Below, one piece after another: positions 8,447 through 18,330 of a stretch of DNA of 64,000 nucleotides. Origin of the DNA: Hyalangium minutum. GTDB taxonomy: Bacteria; Myxococcota; Myxococcia; Myxococcales; Myxococcaceae. The notes under the pieces are model-generated. The model ran no database searches and was not told the DNA's origin. It was given only the letters and a program-made list of their open reading frames with translations. Made by a program: the position numbers and the translations under genes. The stretch is taken from NCBI RefSeq assembly GCF_000737315.1, contig NZ_JMCB01000034.1, positions 68,346 to 132,345 on the forward strand. Reading direction: 5' to 3'. Numbering within the stretch: the stretch's first letter is position 1; each line of letters starts with the position of its first letter.

Positions 8447-11400
8447 TCAGGCCCCCTGCTCCACTGGACCCTGGGGACCTCCCTTGCCGTGGTGCTCTCT
8501 GTGCTTGAGAACCCGCGTGCGTGCGGACTCCACCAGCGCGTACAGCACTGGGATGAAGATCAGGTTCACGAAGGTGGACAGCAACATCCCTCCGAACACC
8601 GCCGTCCCCAGGGACTTGCGCGAGTTCGCGCCCGCCCCCGACGCCAGCACCAGCGGCAGCACCCCGAGCAGGAACGCGAACGACGTCATCAGGATGGGCC
8701 GCAGCCGCGTCTGCGCCGCGTGAATCGTCGCCTCCACCACGCCCTTGCCTTGAACGCGCAGTTGCTCGGCGAACTCGACGATCAAGATGGCGTTCTTGCT
8801 GGACAAGCCCACCAGCATCACCAAGCCCACCTGGCAGAACACGTCGTTCGCCAGTCCTCGCAGGTTCTGCAGCCCCAGCGCTCCCAGCATCGCCACCGGC
8901 ACGCCCAGCATCACCACCAGTGGCAGCGCGAAGCTCTCGTACTGCGCCGAGAGCACCAGGAACACGAAGACGACTCCCAGCCCGAAGATGAGGAGCACCT
9001 TGCCGCCAGCCTCCTTCTGCTCGAGCGAGAGCCCCGTCCACTCGAACGCGAACCCCGCGGGCAGGTTCTGCCGCGCCACCTGCTCCATGGCGGTCAGCGC
9101 ATCGCCCGTGCTCGCGCCGGGCGCCTGTTGGCCGTTGATCGTCGCGGAGCGGAAGAGGTTGTAGTGCTGAATGCTCGCCGCGCTCGTCACGGGCGTCACT
9201 TTCACCAGCGCCTCCAGCGGCACCATCTCCCCCTGCGCCGAGCGCACATAGAAGGAGCTGATGTCACGCGGCTCGTTGCGGAACGGCACCGCCGCCTGCA
9301 CGTACACCCGGTACACGCGGCTGGCGAAAGTGAAGTCATTCACGTACTGGCTGCCCAGGTACACCGACAGCGTGGAGTAGATCTCGTCCAGCGGTACGCC
9401 CAGCGCCTTGGCCTTCTCGCGATCCACCTGCACGTCCAGCAGCGGCGTGCTGGCCGAGTAGGAGGAGAACACGCCCCGCAGCCCCGGCGAGCGGTTGGCC
9501 TGTCCCACGAGCTGCTGAGTCACCTGCGCCAACTCCTCCAGCGAGTGGGTTCCCTGCTGATCCTCGAGGATGAACTCGAAGCCCCCCACGCTGCCCACCC
9601 CGCGGATCGTCGGCGGCTGGAAGGGCAGCACGCGCGCCCCACCGATCGACGTGAGCTGCCCGCGCAGCCGCTCCACCAGCGCCGTGACGCTCTGCTCCTC
9701 CTTCTCGCGCTCAGCCCAGGGCTTCAGGCTGACGAAGAGCGTGCCCGTGTTGGAGCCCGCGCCCAGCAGCGAGAACCCTCCCACCGTGAAGAGATCCGAC
9801 ACCTCGGGCTGCTTGCGCAGCACCTCCTCGGTCTGGAGCAACACCCCCCGCGTGTAGTCCAGCGAGGTGCCCTCAGGCCCCTGCACCGCGACGATGAGGT
9901 AGCCCTGATCCTCGGGGGTGATGAAGCCAGTGGGCGTGTACTTGTAGAGCAGCACCGTGACCACCAGGCACACCCCGAAGGCGGCCAGCACCCCCCACCG
10001 AAGCGGACCGAGCAGCTTCCCGAGCAGCCGTCCATAGGCATGACGGAACGCGTCCAGCGAGCGTTCCACCCAGCGGGCCGCGCGCCATTTCTCCCCCTCG
10101 TGGGGGCGCAGCAGCCGCGCGGCCAGGGCCGGAGACAGCGTGAGCGCCACCAGCGCCGACAAGCCAATGGAGAAGGCCAGCGTGAGCGCGAACTGCTTGT
10201 AGATGACGCCCGTGGTCCCTGGGAAGAGCGCCACCGGGACGAACACCGCGCTCAGCACCAGTGCCACGGCCACCACCACGCCAGACACCTGCCGCATCCC
10301 CCGGTGCGTGGCCTCGCGGGCATCCACCTTGTCCTCCTCCATGATGCGCTCGACGTTCTCGATGACGACGATGGCGTCATCCACCACCAGGCCCGTGGCC
10401 AGCGTCAGCCCGAACAACGTCAGCGTGTTGATGGAGAAGCCGAACACGTGAGCGAAGGCGAAAGTGCCTACCAGCGAGACGGGCAGCGTCGTCGCCACCA
10501 CGAGCACGCTGCGCCAGCCGTGCAGGAAGACGAAGACGACGAGCACCACCAGCAGGATGGCCTCTCCCAGGGTGCGCAGCACCTCGTGGATGGACTCCCG
10601 CACCGCGCGCGTGGTGTCGAAGGCGGGCTGGTAGGTGAGGCCCGGCGGGAAGGTGGCCTTGAGCCGCTCCAGCTCCTTCACCACGCCCTCGCGCACATCC
10701 AGCGCGTTGGAGCCCGGCAGTTGGAGGATGCCCAAGCCCACCGCCTCCTGGCCATTGAAGCGCAGCAACTGCGCGTAGTTCTCCGCCCCCAGCTCCGCGC
10801 GGCCCACGTCCCTCAGCCGCACCAGTGAGCCGTCGGCCCCGCGCTGCACCACGATGTCGTTGAACTCCTCGGGCGTGGTGAGCTGCCCCAGCGCTCGCAC
10901 GGTGAACTGGTACGTCTGCCCCTCGGGAGCGGGCTGCTGCCCTACCTGCCCCGCGCCCACCTGCAGGTTCTGCTCCCGTAGCGCCGCCACCACGTCCTGC
11001 GGTGTGAGGCTCCGCCGCGCCAGCTGCGTGGGATCCAGCCACAGCCGCATGGCGAAGCGCCGCTCGCCGAAGATGCGGACGTCGCCCACGCCCTTCACAC
11101 GCAGGAGTGCGTCCCGCAGGTACACGTCCGCGTAGTTGCTGATGAAGCCCCGATCATAGCGCTGCTCGGGATCGTACAGACCGAAGGACGCGAGCAACTG
11201 GGACTGGGTCTTGTTGATGGTGATGCCCAGCGCGTTGACCTGGGCGGGCAGCCGCGCGGAGGTGGTGGCCACACGGTTCTGCACGTCCACCGCGGCGATG
11301 TCGACGCTGTACCCGGGCTCGAAGGTGACGGTGATGGAGCAAGCCCCGTCATTGGTGCTCGTCGAGGTGATGTAGCGCATGCCCTTGATGCCGTTGAGCG

Positions 11401-11605
11401 CGCGCTCCAGGACGGTCGTGACGGAGCTCTCCACCGCCTCGGCAGACGCCCCCAGGTAGGTGGCGTTGACCGTCACCTGGGGCGCCGAGAGATCCGGGTA
11501 CTGCTCCACCGCCAGCGAGGGGATGGAGATGGCCCCGGCCAGCGTGATGAGGATGGACAACACCGAGGCGAAGATGGGCCGTTTGATGAAGAAGTCGGTG
11601 AACAT
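8447..11605 (-). CDS. RND efflux transporter permease (AcrB/HAE1 family)
   Basis: MFTDFFIKRPIFA start, VVDDAIVVIENVER, KNAILIVEFA and RLRPILMTS motifs. Confidence 0.96.
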   Translation of the reverse strand: MFTDFFIKRPIFASVLSILITLAGAISIPSLAVEQYPDLSAPQVTVNATYLGASAEAVESSVTTVLERALNGIKGMRYITSTSTNDGACSITVTFEPGYSVDIAAVDVQNRVATTSARLPAQVNALGITINKTQSQLLASFGLYDPEQRYDRGFISNYADVYLRDALLRVKGVGDVRIFGERRFAMRLWLDPTQLARRSLTPQDVVAALREQNLQVGAGQVGQQPAPEGQTYQFTVRALGQLTTPEEFNDIVVQRGADGSLVRLRDVGRAELGAENYAQLLRFNGQEAVGLGILQLPGSNALDVREGVVKELERLKATFPPGLTYQPAFDTTRAVRESIHEVLRTLGEAILLVVLVVFVFLHGWRSVLVVATTLPVSLVGTFAFAHVFGFSINTLTLFGLTLATGLVVDDAIVVIENVERIMEEDKVDAREATHRGMRQVSGVVVAVALVLSAVFVPVALFPGTTGVIYKQFALTLAFSIGLSALVALTLSPALAARLLRPHEGEKWRAARWVERSLDAFRHAYGRLLGKLLGPLRWGVLAAFGVCLVVTVLLYKYTPTGFITPEDQGYLIVAVQGPEGTSLDYTRGVLLQTEEVLRKQPEVSDLFTVGGFSLLGAGSNTGTLFVSLKPWAEREKEEQSVTALVERLRGQLTSIGGARVLPFQPPTIRGVGSVGGFEFILEDQQGTHSLEELAQVTQQLVGQANRSPGLRGVFSSYSASTPLLDVQVDREKAKALGVPLDEIYSTLSVYLGSQYVNDFTFASRVYRVYVQAAVPFRNEPRDISSFYVRSAQGEMVPLEALVKVTPVTSAASIQHYNLFRSATINGQQAPGASTGDALTAMEQVARQNLPAGFAFEWTGLSLEQKEAGGKVLLIFGLGVVFVFLVLSAQYESFALPLVVMLGVPVAMLGALGLQNLRGLANDVFCQVGLVMLVGLSSKNAILIVEFAEQLRVQGKGVVEATIHAAQTRLRPILMTSFAFLLGVLPLVLASGAGANSRKSLGTAVFGGMLLSTFVNLIFIPVLYALVESARTRVLKHREHHGKGGPQGPVEQGA

Positions 11606-11614
11606 GCGCGCCCC

Positions 11615-12760
11615 TCACTGCCCCGCGTCCGAAGCCCCGCCCACCCCTGGCCCCTGACTGCCTCGCGGCGACGCTGGCTTCGGCTGCACCGGCTGCCCAT
11701 CCCGGAGCAGCTGCACGCCGCTGACAGCCACCTGGGTGCCCTGCTTCAGCCCCTCCACCAGCTCGTAGGAGTTGCCCTGGATCTGCCCCAGCTGCACTGG
11801 CTGGCGCTGCGACACCATGCCGCCATCCCCAGGAATGACCGTGAAGACAAAGGCCTGGCTGCCGAGCCGGGACACCGCATAGGTGGGCAGCAGCAGCGCC
11901 TGGCGCGTCTCATAGATGACGCGGGTGGGGATGACCTGCTCGGCGCGCAGCCCCAGCGTGTTCTGAAAAGCCGCCTTCACCTCCACCAGCTGGGTGGCGT
12001 CCGACGGCGTAGACGCCACGAAGAAGACCGGGGCCGTGACAATGGGCTCCCCCTTCGTGTCCAGCAGCTCCACCTCCGTGCGTCCCACTTGAATCTTCGC
12101 GGCGCGCTCCACCGGAACCTGCACGGAGACTTCCAGCGTCTGGCTCTGATCCACGCGGGTCAGCTCCGTCTCCTGGGAGACCGAGTCCCCCACCCTCACA
12201 GGGATGTTTCCCACCACCCCCGCGAAGGGTGCTCGCACTTCGAAGTAGCCCAGCTCCACCTGCTGGGCCTGGATCTGGGCCTCGGCGGCGCGGGCGTTGG
12301 CCTCGGCCGTGCGAGCCTGCGCCACGGCCTGCTCATAGTCCTGGCGGCTCAGCAGCCCTTCCTTGAGGAGCTGGGCGGCGCGCTCCCGTGTCTGCCGGGC
12401 GTACTCGCGGCTGGCCACCGCCGACGAGCGCTGGGCCTGCGCCGCCAACAGCCCCGCGCGCTCCCGCCGGGGATCCACCACCAGCAGCACCTGGCCCTTC
12501 TCCACCTGCTCGCCCGGGCGCACGCGAATGCTCTGCACGTAGCCGGACACCTGGGGACGCAGGGAGACACTCTGCCGGGAGAGGAGCTGACCCAGGTACT
12601 CACTCGTGTCCCGCACCTCTCCGGGTGCCAGCGAGATCACCTCCACGGCCATGGGGTCTGCCGCGCCCTGCTGAGCCTGCTGCGGACCGCTCTGCGCCTT
12701 GCCACACGCGGCCAGAGTCAGCAGTGCCAACCCAACGCCCGCCACACTCACCAATCGCAT
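11615..12760 (-). CDS. RND periplasmic adaptor (membrane fusion protein), lipoprotein
   Basis: LTLAAC lipobox, PQVSG...V.PGEQV.KGQ lipoyl half, helical hairpin, VRAPFAGVVG; start ATG 12760. Confidence 0.93.
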   Translation of the reverse strand: MRLVSVAGVGLALLTLAACGKAQSGPQQAQQGAADPMAVEVISLAPGEVRDTSEYLGQLLSRQSVSLRPQVSGYVQSIRVRPGEQVEKGQVLLVVDPRRERAGLLAAQAQRSSAVASREYARQTRERAAQLLKEGLLSRQDYEQAVAQARTAEANARAAEAQIQAQQVELGYFEVRAPFAGVVGNIPVRVGDSVSQETELTRVDQSQTLEVSVQVPVERAAKIQVGRTEVELLDTKGEPIVTAPVFFVASTPSDATQLVEVKAAFQNTLGLRAEQVIPTRVIYETRQALLLPTYAVSRLGSQAFVFTVIPGDGGMVSQRQPVQLGQIQGNSYELVEGLKQGTQVAVSGVQLLRDGQPVQPKPASPRGSQGPGVGGASDAGQ

Positions 12761-13049
12761 GCCGCCTCCGCGAGGAATGCCTGAACCTGTGCCTGTTGAA
12801 GCTCGGACTTGCGCACCACGAGCTGCAGCTCCGCTCGCCGCAAGGCTGCGCATCCGGCACGGGACTGGCGGACACCACAACGGCCGTGAGCAAGAGCAGA
12901 CTCATAGTGAGAGCGCCTGAGGTAGGGAGGCGCGGAGCGCTCTGCTACCCACACACAGGACTTGCTCCCACCAGCCAACATCCGCCGGCGGAGGACTGCT
13001 GAGTGGTCAATGTTTGGGGCCGACCGGAGTCTGCCCCTCCACTCCACCG

Positions 13050-13084
13050 AAACCCGGGGAGCGCCCGCAAGCGCTCCACCGGGT
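13050..13084 (-). terminator. Terminator hairpin downstream of the hydrolase/DUF4785-like operon
   Basis: acccgg-ggagcgc/ccgcaa/gcgctcc-a-ccgggt stem; TTT follows on the minus strand. Confidence 0.6.
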
Positions 13085-13095
13085 CCCGGCCTTGA

Positions 13096-14475
13096 CTACT
13101 CGCGGACCTTGAACGCGTCCTCGCGCATCATCGTCTCGAGGGCGGGCGTCAGCTTCGGCGCCACCAGCTCCTCCACGCGCACCGCCGGGAAGCGGACATC
13201 CAGCCCCCGGTTCAGCCGGTGGTACAGCGTGTTGGTGCCCAGCGAGTACAGCTGCAGCCCGCGCAGCGCGTAGCTGCCACCGAGCTTCGCCAGCCCCGCG
13301 TGCCCCGCGTCGAAGCGCAGCGTCAGCACGTGCGAGCCCGCGCGCAGCTGATCCGTCACCTGCGCCTCGGCCACCGCGCGCTCCATGCCCTTGCCATCCG
13401 TGGCCACCAGCGTGCCCGTCACCTCGTAGCGGTCGAGCCCCTGGCTCTCCACCACCACGTCCACCTCCAGCGCCTCCACCCGGCCGCTCCCGTCGCGCAC
13501 CAGCCGCTCACGCCCCACCGAGGCGATGCGCGCCGTTGGCACCACGTAGCCGAACGCCGTCTGCTCCAGGCGGTCGAAGGTCTGCCCGTTGGCCACACCT
13601 GTCGCGTGCACCTCCACCATCCACGTGCCCGTCTCGTCCCGGTCCGTCATCACCCGCGACACCATGGCCCGGTACTCCTTGCCCACCTTCACCACCGGCA
13701 CCGTGCGGTCCCGCTCGTAGCGCGGCGTATAGAGCGTCGCCTCCACCTTCACGCGCTCCAGCGCCACGTCCGAGCCGAGCTCCACCGCCACATAGCCCTC
13801 GGCCTCCGGAGACAGCTGCATGGCCGACGGAGTAATCGCCAGCTCGATGGACGAGGACGGCTCACGGATCTCCACGGCCAGGCCCACCTTGGCCGCCTTG
13901 GGGCCCACCTGGAGCTTGTAGAGCCCCTGCCCCATCTCGCGGTTCAGGCGCAGCATCGAGATGGGCTTGCTGATGCCCTCGGCCTTGAGCCGGTCCGCAT
14001 CCGCGCCGAGCTGCGCGCTCCCGTCCCGCGACGCCCGCACGTCCGCACGCAGGCCCCGCGCATCGAACATCGCCACATCCCGAAGCGCCTCCTCCGCCAC
14101 CTTGGCATCGCTGCCCTTGGGGATGAGCATCACCCACGCGTCGTCGGGCGTGGTGATGGGCAGCGTCAGCTGGGTGGCCGCCGAGCCCGGAGCCACGTGC
14201 AGCAGCGTGGACTTCGACCGCCGTGTCTCTGGCACAGCCGGCGCTGCCAGCGGCTCGGGCGCCGTGGGGTTGGACACCGAGACGAGGCCCGGGGCCACGC
14301 CCTCGCGCGCATCTCGCGCGAAGAGGCGGCCCGGCGCCACATCACCCGCGGCGAGCGGAGTGCTCGCGGTGCTGCGCAGCTTGGAATTCACGGCGGGCTC
14401 CGGCGTGAAACCCCCGAGGAAGGCAACCGCCAGCCCGAGGCCAGCCATCCGAACAACGGAACGATGAGAGGTCAT
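13096..14475 (-). CDS. Secreted beta-rich protein resembling DUF4785 (conditioned-medium-factor-like)
   Basis: Signal peptide, then several beta-sandwich-like segments (LEVDVVVE...RYEVTGTL...LTLRFD...YALRGLQL); family recalled from pattern, not searched. Confidence 0.55.
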   Translation of the reverse strand: MTSHRSVVRMAGLGLAVAFLGGFTPEPAVNSKLRSTASTPLAAGDVAPGRLFARDAREGVAPGLVSVSNPTAPEPLAAPAVPETRRSKSTLLHVAPGSAATQLTLPITTPDDAWVMLIPKGSDAKVAEEALRDVAMFDARGLRADVRASRDGSAQLGADADRLKAEGISKPISMLRLNREMGQGLYKLQVGPKAAKVGLAVEIREPSSSIELAITPSAMQLSPEAEGYVAVELGSDVALERVKVEATLYTPRYERDRTVPVVKVGKEYRAMVSRVMTDRDETGTWMVEVHATGVANGQTFDRLEQTAFGYVVPTARIASVGRERLVRDGSGRVEALEVDVVVESQGLDRYEVTGTLVATDGKGMERAVAEAQVTDQLRAGSHVLTLRFDAGHAGLAKLGGSYALRGLQLYSLGTNTLYHRLNRGLDVRFPAVRVEELVAPKLTPALETMMREDAFKVRE

Positions 14476-14495
14476 GATCTGTCTCCTGTTCGGGC

Positions 14496-15872
14496 TCAGT
14501 GAAGGGCCCGGACGACGGTGTAGTTATGAACACCCCAATAGGTGTCGTAGGCGAGAGCCCCGCACCAGTTGGAGCCGCCCGGCGGCGCCTGCACGCAGTC
14601 ATTGGCGCCGGTGGAGCCGGTGGTGGCATCGAAGCCGTACTTGGCCACCAGGCACGCGTCGCAGATACCATCGCCATGCCACGAGTCGGGGCATACCGTG
14701 CTGTACGTTGGATAGTTGGCGGGGTTCAGGTAGGGGTTCCAGCTGGCCGTGCTGGGAACCTTGTAGCTGCTCGCGTACCCGTAGGCGATGAGGCAGTCAG
14801 GCTCGGGGTAGCCGTTGGTGAGCATGCTGCTCGAGCACCCGTACTTCCACACGGTGTGGTTCGTCATGAAGTCCGTGGCGTAGCCCGAGTAGTAGTTGTT
14901 GCAGGCCTGCCCCGCGGCCGCCACGTTGGTCTCGGGGGCGTAGGTCTGGTTGCCCGGAGCGGGGATGGGCGCGCTGGCCACCTTCTGGCCGACGAGGTAG
15001 CCGCTGTTGTGGCAGCCCCGGCGCGACTGGTGGTGGTTGAGGCGCGCGTCGTCGATGATGATGTTGCCGAAGTAGCCCGAGCTGTCGGCGCCGATGAAGC
15101 CGTCCGTGGCCGCGCTGAAACTGCCCCAGCCGAGCAGCGCCGCCGCCTTCAGGCCGATGCTGTAAAGGTAGCCGCCGCAGTGCGCATCGCTCGAGAAGAG
15201 GTTGGCGTAGACGGCCTTGCCGCGCACCACCGAGATGGGCTTGCCGCCCACCGTCGTCGCCCCTGCGCCACCCGCGAAGGTGCCGTTGGAGTTGTAGACG
15301 GACATGTTGTCCAAGCGCTGCTGCACCACGGCTGGGTTGTTGTAGCTGCCGCCACCGAAGAACTCGACGACGCTGTTGGCGATGTTGAGGAACGAGCCGC
15401 TCGTCGTCACCTGGTTGGCCAGCGGCGTGCCCTTCAGATCAGGCGCCGAGAAGATGACCTGCGAGATGCGGCTCGTCACCGAGTCGACCGTGTTGCCGTT
15501 GGGGCTCACCGCGCCGGTGTGGCCCAGCATGTAGCGGATGGGGCTCGAGCCGTTCGAGTGGGTGATGACCGTAAAGCTGGTGATGTTGTTGGCGTTCATC
15601 CACGGGACGATCTGATCGACGATCGGCCCCCAGCTACACTGGCTGAAGCCCGCGCACGTGGCGCCGGGATAGCCGATGATGAGATAGGGCCGGCCGTTAC
15701 GCATGGTGTCGATGGCGGACTGCGTCCAGTAGCCGCTCGTTGCCGAGCCGACGCTCTGATCACCTGTGCCGTGAACGAAGACCACTCCGACGGCGGCTTG
15801 AGCACCGCTCGCGCCGAGCAACACGGCGCAGAGCGCGGCTTGAAGCCACCCTGTCCTGGAATGCATGTGCAT
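14496..15872 (-). CDS. Secreted alpha/beta-hydrolase (lipase-like) with Cys-rich C-terminal domain
   Basis: Signal peptide, VVFVHGT oxyanion strand, ITHSNG nucleophile elbow, TDGFIG, LNHHQSRR; GGAGG before ATG 15872. Confidence 0.7.
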   Translation of the reverse strand: MHMHSRTGWLQAALCAVLLGASGAQAAVGVVFVHGTGDQSVGSATSGYWTQSAIDTMRNGRPYLIIGYPGATCAGFSQCSWGPIVDQIVPWMNANNITSFTVITHSNGSSPIRYMLGHTGAVSPNGNTVDSVTSRISQVIFSAPDLKGTPLANQVTTSGSFLNIANSVVEFFGGGSYNNPAVVQQRLDNMSVYNSNGTFAGGAGATTVGGKPISVVRGKAVYANLFSSDAHCGGYLYSIGLKAAALLGWGSFSAATDGFIGADSSGYFGNIIIDDARLNHHQSRRGCHNSGYLVGQKVASAPIPAPGNQTYAPETNVAAAGQACNNYYSGYATDFMTNHTVWKYGCSSSMLTNGYPEPDCLIAYGYASSYKVPSTASWNPYLNPANYPTYSTVCPDSWHGDGICDACLVAKYGFDATTGSTGANDCVQAPPGGSNWCGALAYDTYWGVHNYTVVRALH

Positions 15873-16040
15873 GGAAACCTCCGGAGGCCGAGGGCTCGGC
15901 CTCACGCAGTGGGGGCGTGCAACGTACCGGGCCCTCCCGGAAACTGGCAAAAGCAACTTAGCGGGATTTTCATGTCGCGCTGCGGCAAGCAGCCACCCGC
16001 GCAGGGCGCGGCTCGCGTTACACTGTGTTGAGTCCCCCAC

Positions 16041-17102
16041 ATGGATCGTTCCTCACTCATCCAAGGCTCTCCCGAAGTCCTCTCGTTCCGGCACCTGCTC
16101 ACCGACGCCGTCCAGGGGGTGCTCCGAGAGACTGGGCTGGGCGGCGCGGACATGGCGGACGCGCTCGGGGAGCTCATTGTCACCCTCTCCCGCTACCGCG
16201 AGGAGGGAGAGCCGCTGTTCCCCATGGTCTTCCTCGGCGATGACCTGGGCCCCATGCTCAAGATGCTCGGCGGCGAGGGCCCCATTGCCATTGGCTCGGG
16301 CCCTCGGACGAAGGAGACCATCCAGCGCGCGCTCAAGCAGTGCGCACCGCTCGGCCAGGGGCGATGGTGGGCGCTGTACCTGTGGCTGGTGCCCGAGGGG
16401 CTCTCGTACGGCATCTTCCGGACGGATCCCTTCCCTCTTCTGGAGACGCCCTTCGAGCGAATGAGCCGCAACGCGGACCGCTCGCTGCACGTGGTGGGCC
16501 TGCTGCAGCTGGCCGAGAACGTCATCGAGCTTCGCGGAGCGACGGGCCTGCACAAGCACATCTACCTCTCGGGCGCCCGGGTGGATCCCGTCACGCCGAC
16601 AGCCACGCTCGACGAGCTGGCCCAGGCCGTCACGGAGGATGTGCCCGCGGAGCTGCGCAACGCGGCCCGGGACTTCTACCGCCATGTCCTCTTCGAGGTG
16701 ATCCAGTCCTCGCACGGCACGCTCGTCGCGGTGCTCCCCAAGGCGCGCGGCAGCTCGAGCCTCTTCGTGGACGGCCTCCTGCTGCCCGAGCCACTCGACA
16801 CCATCGCCCCCATTGCCCGCTTCCTGGCGGGCTCGGAGACCGAGGCCGGCACGGTGCGCTCCATGGCGCAGCTGCTGCGCGGGATGATGTCCACGGATGG
16901 CATCACCGTGCTGCGCTCGGACGGGTGCATCGTCGGCTACAACGTCTTCGCCCGGCACCCAGAGACGCTCTCGCGCACCCCACAGCATACGGGTGGCGCA
17001 CGGCGTCGCACCTTCGACGTGCTGTGCGGCGCCGTGGGCAGAGACTTGGCCGCGGCCTTCTTCCGCTCCCAGGATGGCGCCATGGCCTGCCGCCGCGGCT
17101 GA
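16041..17102 (+). CDS. Divergent DisA_N/diadenylate-cyclase-fold protein with N-terminal sensor-like domain
   Basis: HGTLVAV...STDGITVL...GGARRRTF...FRSQDG has the order of DAC motifs (GALIV, DGA, GTRHR, VSEE). Confidence 0.55.
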   Translation: MDRSSLIQGSPEVLSFRHLLTDAVQGVLRETGLGGADMADALGELIVTLSRYREEGEPLFPMVFLGDDLGPMLKMLGGEGPIAIGSGPRTKETIQRALKQCAPLGQGRWWALYLWLVPEGLSYGIFRTDPFPLLETPFERMSRNADRSLHVVGLLQLAENVIELRGATGLHKHIYLSGARVDPVTPTATLDELAQAVTEDVPAELRNAARDFYRHVLFEVIQSSHGTLVAVLPKARGSSSLFVDGLLLPEPLDTIAPIARFLAGSETEAGTVRSMAQLLRGMMSTDGITVLRSDGCIVGYNVFARHPETLSRTPQHTGGARRRTFDVLCGAVGRDLAAAFFRSQDGAMACRRG

Positions 17103-17135
17103 GCGACCGTCTTGGCTTCCGGGGAAGTTCCGGAG

Positions 17136-18128
17136 TCAGTCCCCTCCCATCCCTGCACTTGGGAACTCCTCATCCAGAACTCCCGCGCCTGGGAATCCCC
17201 CCTCCAGGATTTCTCCATCGCCTGAGGTTCCCGCGTCGAAGAGAAACGTGCCGCCGTCGGCATAGAGCGGAGGCTTCACGGCCCCACCGAGGACCTCTTG
17301 CATGGTCAGCACGACCGTTCCCCGGGAGGCGCGCGGCGCCAGCCAGGCGAGAAAAGACTCCAGCAACGGCTCGGAGATTGTGTAGGTGTCGCACTCATCG
17401 CAAATGTCGTGCAGCGAGATCAGCACCCAGCCGCCTCCCGCTGCCTCCGCCTGGAGCACGAGTTCCTGCAGATCCCTGAGTGTCCAATCGCTCTTGATCG
17501 AAGGAGGGCTTCGGATGCGAAACCCATCCAGCGGTGGAATCGTCTCGACAGGGGGACAAGTCGCGCAACTATGGGGGTTGCGGAGCCCCCCGGTGGATTG
17601 GGCATTGGTGAAGTTGCAGTCGATGAGGACCTGCCTCGCCGCCGGCGTGTCCTCGCCGAAGGGATAGGAGAAGGAACTCACCTGAAGCCCCATCGCCATC
17701 AGGTTCGCCCGGTCATCGCAGATCTGGTGCCGGGCCTCCTCCAGAGACACGCGCTCCAGATTCACATGGTCAATGGTGTGGCTGGCCATCTCGTGCCCCG
17801 CGGCGGCCAGCGTTCGCACGTCCGCCAAGGAGAGATAGCCGCTGCCGTGGCCGATGCGCCCGCTCGAGAGGTAGAAGGTCGAGTGCATCCCGTACCGCGC
17901 GAAGAGGGGCCCTACCCGAGTCTGGCTCTTCTTGGTATCCGCGAAGGAGAAGGTGATGACCGTGACACCGGGAGGAATCACCTCAGCCGAGGCCGTGCCT
18001 GGGGACTTCGCGAACTGCGGCCCGCCGGGCGGATCGGCTCTCAGGACACCTACGCCGAGCACCAACCACAGCAGAGCGCAAATGGGCCCTGACAGCAGCC
18101 TCCGCCAGTTCGAAGCGCATGCTCGCAT
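17136..18128 (-). CDS. Polysaccharide deacetylase (NodB/CE4) family, exported
   Basis: STFY, GHEMASHTIDH, SFSYPFGE, ISLHD motifs; hydrophobic leader; motif 1 reads SFAD. Confidence 0.8.
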   Translation of the reverse strand: MRACASNWRRLLSGPICALLWLVLGVGVLRADPPGGPQFAKSPGTASAEVIPPGVTVITFSFADTKKSQTRVGPLFARYGMHSTFYLSSGRIGHGSGYLSLADVRTLAAAGHEMASHTIDHVNLERVSLEEARHQICDDRANLMAMGLQVSSFSYPFGEDTPAARQVLIDCNFTNAQSTGGLRNPHSCATCPPVETIPPLDGFRIRSPPSIKSDWTLRDLQELVLQAEAAGGGWVLISLHDICDECDTYTISEPLLESFLAWLAPRASRGTVVLTMQEVLGGAVKPPLYADGGTFLFDAGTSGDGEILEGGFPGAGVLDEEFPSAGMGGD

Positions 18129-18330
18129 GAGCCGCACGGTGAGGCCGCCGACCCAGTGCAACAATGACCCGAGCGGGCATCCCAATGCTTGCCGCACCTC
18201 AGTCCCGAAGGCCTCGCCTGGACTTATCGCCTGTCCGCCAGGAGAGCAGCCGAGCCGCTTCCCACAAGCGCAGGGAGTCGCGTGGCCCTCCCTCCATTGC
18301 GTCCCCTCCAATCCGCGTTACCTCAAAGAC

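Noticed and set aside
8489-10828. 779-aa plus-strand ORF
   Set aside because: Antisense to the RND permease.
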